A stretch of 32,000 nt of DNA from Methanocaldococcus jannaschii DSM 2661. Its GTDB lineage: Archaea; AGJL01; Methanococci; Methanococcales; Methanocaldococcaceae. This document shows positions 27,476 through 32,000 of the stretch, piece after piece. The stretch covers positions 880,712 through 912,711 of the forward strand of contig NC_000909.1 in assembly GCF_000091665.1 (NCBI RefSeq), written 5' to 3'. The position numbers and the translations under genes were made by a program. Below the pieces are notes generated by a model. The model was not told the DNA's origin. It saw only the letters and a list, made by a program, of their open reading frames with translations, and ran no database searches. Each line of letters opens with the position of its first letter. The first letter of the stretch is position 1.

Positions 27476-27653
27476 GAATTTCTTTAATTTCTTTATCTGA
27501 AAGTTTTAAGATTCCAAAGGTTTTTTCTGAAATCTTTTTTGGGATTATCTTTATCTCAACTTCACAACCCTCTGGAAGATTTATAGATTTTTTAAGTTTT
27601 AAAACTCCTTTCTCATAGATAGCATCAACGACAATTTCCATAACAATCACCAT
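27447..27653 (-). CDS. vapB: small antitoxin (DUF104/AF2212-like, VapB partner)
   Basis: AIYEKGVLKLKKSINLPEGCEVEIKI matches the DUF104-type antitoxin pattern. The likely start is ATG 27641 after GGTGAT. Overlaps vapC. Confidence 0.7.
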   Translation of the reverse strand: MVIVMEIVVDAIYEKGVLKLKKSINLPEGCEVEIKIIPKKISEKTFGILKLSDKEIKEILEEIENGGE

Positions 27654-27750
27654 TTAAAATTTCATGCTATTAAAATTATTTATAAGTTTGGAATTTTATT
27701 ATTTGATTATTTAGTTAGGTTATGAACTTGAAAATATAGGTGGGGGATTT

Positions 27751-28851
27751 ATGAGTGAAGATTCAAATCCAAAAAATGACTTAAAACTAAAAATGTATGA
27801 GACATTCAGAAGCCATATTGAAAGGGCAGAGAACTCTTTTTGGACATATATGTTGTTTTATTTACAGTTTTTAGTAGGGATAAACGGTGCTGTTGGAATA
27901 TTGTGTAGATATTTGAGTAATAACCTTCAGAACTTTCCTACTGAAATTATTATTGCTTTTCTGGCTTTGGTAAATATTTTACTTTCACTTATTGGAATAA
28001 TTGTTATAATTGAAAGAGGAAAATGGTTCTTTAGGAATATGATATTAACTGTTAATTTAGAAAGGTATATTTTAAAAGAAGAGCATATAAAAATAATTCC
28101 CAAAAGATATTCTAAATTTGATAATTTTAATAAAGTTATTGACACTACTGGAAGAATATTTATTTCAATATTTATTGGAATTTACATGATTTCAGTGATT
28201 GCTCTTGGATATCTTGCTAATAGTTGTAAAACAATTATTTTATTTGGGACAGGATTTTTTATAATAGTTGTGATTATCTATTTTTTAGATTTATTAGATT
28301 GGATATATAGAAGAATAGACTCAAACGAATATCGCAAAGTGATTGGTGTTGTATTATTTATATCATTTATACCACCATTGATGAATTATTTCATTTATGA
28401 TATAATAAACCTAATATGTTCTTATATCCCAGAAAGTTTTATTGTAGCAATGATTGTTATACTTATATTTGTAATAATAGATGTCTATTATAATGCAAAA
28501 AAACATATTGAAAATACAATAATAATGTTGAGTTTAGAGAGAACTGTTAATGATATCGATGATATCATAAAAATATTGAAAAACATTAGATTAGATGATA
28601 CAAAAAAAGAAGAATTAAAGAAAAAACTTAGAAAAATAAAAAAACTCATTGAAAATGTTATAAAATTACTCGGAGGGACTTCAGAAAATGGAACTCAAAA
28701 TAACAATTTAGAAGAAGCAAAAAGTAAAATTACTGAAGCATGTAGGAAGATTTCCGGAAATAACATTTTTGAAGCAATAAATGAACTAAATGAAGCAAAG
28801 TATATTATAAACAATAAAATTAATGAATTAACTCAATCAGATAGTTCTTAA
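27751..28851 (+). CDS. uncharacterised membrane protein (about 6 TM) with C-terminal coiled-coil domain of about 115 aa
   Basis: Hydrophobic segments at roughly aa 31-53, 66-88, 134-156, 161-183, 197-220 and 228-248, followed by a Lys/Glu-rich helical tail. GGTGGGGGA precedes the ATG. No family recognised. Confidence 0.6.
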   Translation: MSEDSNPKNDLKLKMYETFRSHIERAENSFWTYMLFYLQFLVGINGAVGILCRYLSNNLQNFPTEIIIAFLALVNILLSLIGIIVIIERGKWFFRNMILTVNLERYILKEEHIKIIPKRYSKFDNFNKVIDTTGRIFISIFIGIYMISVIALGYLANSCKTIILFGTGFFIIVVIIYFLDLLDWIYRRIDSNEYRKVIGVVLFISFIPPLMNYFIYDIINLICSYIPESFIVAMIVILIFVIIDVYYNAKKHIENTIIMLSLERTVNDIDDIIKILKNIRLDDTKKEELKKKLRKIKKLIENVIKLLGGTSENGTQNNNLEEAKSKITEACRKISGNNIFEAINELNEAKYIINNKINELTQSDSS

Positions 28852-28881
28852 ATAATTTAAAGAAATAAACACAGTGAAACT

Positions 28882-30291
28882 ATGGAAAATTGGGTAGAAT
28901 TGAAAAAAGGAGCTAAGGTATTGCAAAACAACAAAAACAACAAAATTTTGATAGTTACCCATATAGATACTGATGGGCTAACATCAAGAGCTATTTTACA
29001 AAAATTGGCTGAGAGATTAAACTTGGATGCTGATTTCATGTTTTTGAAGCAAATTACTATAGAGACAATAAATGACATTCCATTTAAAGACTATGATTTA
29101 ATAATCTTTGCTGACTTAGGTAGTGGGCAGTTAAAGATGATTAAAGAGAAGTTAGATGAACTCAACTTATCTGATAAGAGAGACAAAATTATTATCTTAG
29201 ACCACCACCAACCAGAGGAGATAAAGATTCCAAAAACCATCATCCATATAAACCCCCTAACCATTGCAAAAAGCGGAGCTGAAATTTGCGGAGCTGGAGT
29301 TTCATATTTATTTGCAAAAGCTATAAACAATGATTGGATTGATTTGGCTAAATATGCTGTTTTGGGTGCTGTTGGTGATATTCAAAACATTGAGGGAAAA
29401 TTAATTGGTTTGAATAGAAAAATACTATGCGATGCAATTATGAATGGAGATGTTAAAGTAAAAACAGATTTACAGATGTATGGTAGGCAAACAAGACCTT
29501 TATTTGTGTCTATGAGATATTGGGCAGATGTGAGAACTGATTTATTAAATAACGATTCAAAGATAATCAAATACATCCAAAGCATAAATAAAAAGTATGA
29601 TATTGAAATAAACCCAACTATGAGATTAGCTGAAATTCCTTTTGAACATAAAAGGATTATTGGAAATGAGCTTTTAATAAAATGTCTAAACTATGTCCCA
29701 AACCACTGGACACCTTACATTCCAAAGGTTATATTTGGAGAGGTTTATGAATTTAGAGGAGAAGAGTTTGGATCTCCATTGAGAGATTTAGAGGAGTTCT
29801 CAACGTGCATAAACGCATGTTCAAGATATGGAGATTATGAAACAGCTTTAAATGTGTTAATGGGAGATAGGGATAAATACTATAGAAAAATGCTCTCAAA
29901 CTTAAGAAAGCATAGAAATAACTTAAGGGAGGCATTAGAGCATGTGAAAAATGACGTTGAGATAATTCAAAAAGATAGATTCCAATACTTTGAGACAGAT
30001 AAAATTATGTCAAATATTGTTGGGATTGTTGCTGGAATGAGTTATTCTATTGAAGAAGTGGATTGGATGAAGCCGATATTTGCAATAACAGAGGATGAAA
30101 ACGGCTATAAGGTATCCGCACGATGTCCTAAGCTATTGTGCTTTGCTGAGGATGTGAATTTAGCCAAGGCAATAAAATATGCATCAGAAAAGGTTAATGG
30201 TAGTGGGGGAGGGCATAAATTTGCCTGTGGGGCATATATTCCAGATAATAAAAGAGAATTTATAAAATACCTTGAGATTGCTTTGAGATAA
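28882..30291 (+). CDS. recJ: archaeal RecJ/Cdc45-like DHH phosphoesterase (GAN-type nuclease)
   Basis: DHH motifs [16 protein letters not shown] and ILDHHQP, plus the DHHA1 motif [10 protein letters not shown]; 469 aa. Confidence 0.85.
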
Positions 30292-30311
30292 AAATATTTT
30301 ATGGGGATATT

Positions 30312-30979
30312 ATGCAAATTCCAATTTTAATATGCCGTTTAAAGACAGATAAACCACTTAAAAAATCGCAAACACCATTTTTGAGGGGCTATATTTTAAA
30401 CAAATTTGGAAAAGAGGATTATGTAGAATTACACAACCACAGCGGAATGGTTTTCTCTATACATATCCAAAAATACAGTATAAGATTATTGGTGGAGATG
30501 CTGTTTTAATTGGCATAAAAGAGGGGATAAACATTTTGGGAGAGATTATTTTAAATATTAGAGAGTTAAATTTAAAAGGAGAAGTTTATAGGGTTGTTAA
30601 TGGCTATGCAAAGGTGAAGTTTGAAGAATTTGGAGTTGCTGAGAATATGATTAAGTATAAGTTTATATCTCCATGGATTGCTTTGAATGAGAAAAATTAT
30701 TTGGAGTATAAGGAGTTAGATGAAGATGGAAAGAAAGAGTTGTTAGAGAAAATTTTAGTTGGAAATATTTTATCTATGAGCAAGTATTTAGATTATACAG
30801 TTGAAGAAAAGTTAAAAGCAGGGCTTTTAGAATATGAAGACTTTGTTGTTAAATATAAAGGAAATAAGTTTATTGGCTTCTGGGGAGAGTTTTTGGTTAA
30901 TTTTAACATTCCTAATTATTTAGGAATTGGAAGAAAGGTTTCCAAGGGTTTTGGGAGTGTTATAAGAGTTGAAGAGTAA
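30312..30979 (+). pseudogene. cas6: Cas6-like RAMP endoribonuclease gene interrupted by a frameshift
   Basis: Frame of 30312 gives MQIPILICRLKTDKPLKKSQTPFLRGYILNKFGKEDYVELHNH. The frame 2 nt downstream (start positions 30446 and 30536), open from 30362, continues NGFLYTYPKIQYKIIGGDAVLIGIKEGINILGEIIL... and ends with the glycine-rich RAMP loop GIGRKVSKGFGSV. The junction must lie around 30441-30458. The combined length of about 225 aa is Cas6-sized. Confidence 0.7.
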
Positions 30980-31003
30980 GTAAAAATAGAGGAAATTTAA
31001 AAA

Positions 31004-31597
31004 TTAAACCTTCCTAATGAAAGGATATGCAATTAACGCCAAGCCAATTATCATTGTTAGATACCAACCTGTCCCCACCTGAATCTTTATAATATCCTTA
31101 GAGAGATAACTGGATTTTTCATTGACCACTCCCGTTATTAAATCTATTGGAGTGACTTCTTTACCTCCTGTAAGAGCTAATCCAGAATCTGATGAGTTCA
31201 GCCCTACTGTGAATAACACAACAAATATTGAAGCACAGGTAATTCCTGCTATTCCAGCTCCAACTACAACCGCTTTTTTATCAACGAATATTGAGGCAAT
31301 GTAGAGGATTATTGGAATTATACCAAATATCATCATAAATGTTGACATTTTTTCTTTAACAGCCATGTCAAAGTATTGTTTGACATATGGCATCATCATT
31401 TCTACAAATATGTTGTTTGTATCAGATTTAATATCTGATGAAACTCTAAATGGTGCGAGATTTACAGATAAATGAATTCCTTCGTCTGTCTTTATGTTTA
31501 TCGTAGAGGCAGAGATTGTGAGCCATGGGAGAAACAAAGCAATAATCCCTACAACAATGAGGGCTATTTTTATATAGTCAATTTTCTTTGGTAACAT
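31004..31597 (-). CDS. uncharacterised membrane protein (about 4 TM)
   Basis: 197-aa ORF with GAGGTGA before the ATG. Hydrophobic segments IALIVVGIIALFLPW, FMMIFGIIPIILYIASIF, VVGAGIAGITCASIFVVLF and WYLTMIIGLALIAYPF. Confidence 0.6.
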   Translation of the reverse strand: MLPKKIDYIKIALIVVGIIALFLPWLTISASTINIKTDEGIHLSVNLAPFRVSSDIKSDTNNIFVEMMMPYVKQYFDMAVKEKMSTFMMIFGIIPIILYIASIFVDKKAVVVGAGIAGITCASIFVVLFTVGLNSSDSGLALTGGKEVTPIDLITGVVNEKSSYLSKDIIKIQVGTGWYLTMIIGLALIAYPFIRKV

Positions 31598-31855
31598 TTT
31601 TTCACCTCGCTTTAATTTTTTAAATTTAGATTATATGGTAAATGATACTCTTTTTATGTATTAATTTATGCTTTATCTAAGTAATGTAAAGTAGAACTTC
31701 TCTAATACTACAAAACTCATATATATATACTTTACGGTTTTAGTTTAGTTAAAAATATTGGAATATTTGAATTAATAAATTAATGTTTAAAAAAAGATTT
31801 ATTCTTCTTTGAGAATTATAAGTTAAAATTTTTGGTAGTATATGGAAAAAAATAG

Positions 31856-32000
31856 GTTTTATCCTTGTTTTAATGGACTAAGAGTTCAAACAAAAGAACA
31901 TAACTGTGATGAAGTTGTTGCAGTCCTCCCAATGTTTCCATCCTTATTTTAATGGACTAACGATAAACACTTACTCTTTTTTCTTATTATACTCAAACTC
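31856..32000 (-). CRISPR. edge of a second CRISPR-type array (repeat GTTAGTCCATTAAAATAAGGATGGAAAC on the minus strand), continuing beyond the window
   Basis: GTTTCCATCCTTATTTTAATGGACTAAC at 31934-31961 and a degenerate copy GTTTTATCCTTGTTTTAATGGACTAAG at 31856-31882. Only two copies are visible, 79 nt apart. Strand is inferred from the ...ATGGAAAC 3' end on the minus strand. Confidence 0.5.

Noticed and set aside
30312-30979. Treating 30312-30509 and 30536-30979 as two independent small genes
   Set aside because: The second frame stays open upstream to 30362 and there encodes the conserved YxYPxIQYK-type segment. The TTG start at 30536 has no ribosome-binding motif. Together they make one Cas6-length protein, so I call a single frameshifted gene.
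1081-31304. All other short track ORFs antisense to larger genes: 1081-1278, 2744-2956, 4426-4626, 5030-5245, 6784-6966, 9995-10276, 10625-10915, 13967-14197, 14263-14472, 18810-19004, 20080-20367, 20972-21241, 24130-24432, 24697-24894, 26298-26483, 27927-28145, 28857-29078, 29091-29330, 29382-29585, 29753-29935, 30105-30317, 31122-31304
   Set aside because: Each is 60-100 aa and nested in or overlapping a longer ORF with recognisable family motifs or good ribosome-binding context on the opposite strand. None has its own Shine-Dalgarno-like motif or a recognisable domain.
31598-31855. Possible CRISPR leader between the 31004-31597 gene and the first repeat copy
   Set aside because: The repeat's canonical ...GGATGGAAAC 3' end is on the minus strand, and the copy nearest this region is the more degenerate one. 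Both fit a trailer end rather than a leader. I cannot settle this without sequence beyond 32000.

Overview
AT-rich, densely coding archaeal chromosome segment with the hallmarks of a hyperthermophilic Methanococcales genome. From memory the gene order resembles the Methanocaldococcus jannaschii MJ0948-MJ0979 neighbourhood; I cannot verify that without a search. I support about 34 protein genes (GGTGA/GGAGG ribosome-binding motifs, several overlapping or coupled gene pairs), one tRNA-Val(UAC), and two CRISPR-type repeat clusters.

Housekeeping content: HARP-type PIN protein, TmcAL-like nucleotidyltransferase, prefoldin alpha, HisC, class V aminotransferase, transaldolase-family protein, a divergent MCM coupled to RNase P subunit Rpp21, hydantoinase A/B, uroporphyrinogen-III methyltransferase, a B12/radical-SAM protein, an exported DJ-1/PfpI protein, a HAD/P-type-ATPase-like phosphatase, pantoate kinase, His-rich CbiX/CfbA chelatase, M50 site-2 protease, MarC, a PAPS/APS-reductase-like protein, VapBC and RecJ/GAN.

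Most interesting non-routine observations:
1. A perfect 33-bp duplication of the chelatase gene 3' end brackets an 84-bp GC-rich twin hairpin that looks like structured RNA on the minus strand.
2. An uncharacterised, translationally coupled three-gene cassette (degenerate PP-loop paralogue, Trp-rich protein with a (PK)5 linker, membrane-anchored protein with many N-x-S/T sequons).
3. A Cas6-like RAMP gene split by a frameshift, last in a co-directional membrane-protein/RecJ-like/Cas6-like trio that ends near a CRISPR array.
4. A decaying four-repeat CRISPR remnant with no room for a leader.
5. A 91-bp element closed by a perfect 15-bp inverted repeat in a divergent promoter region.

I do not claim a demonstrated new system; these are candidates with explicit tests.
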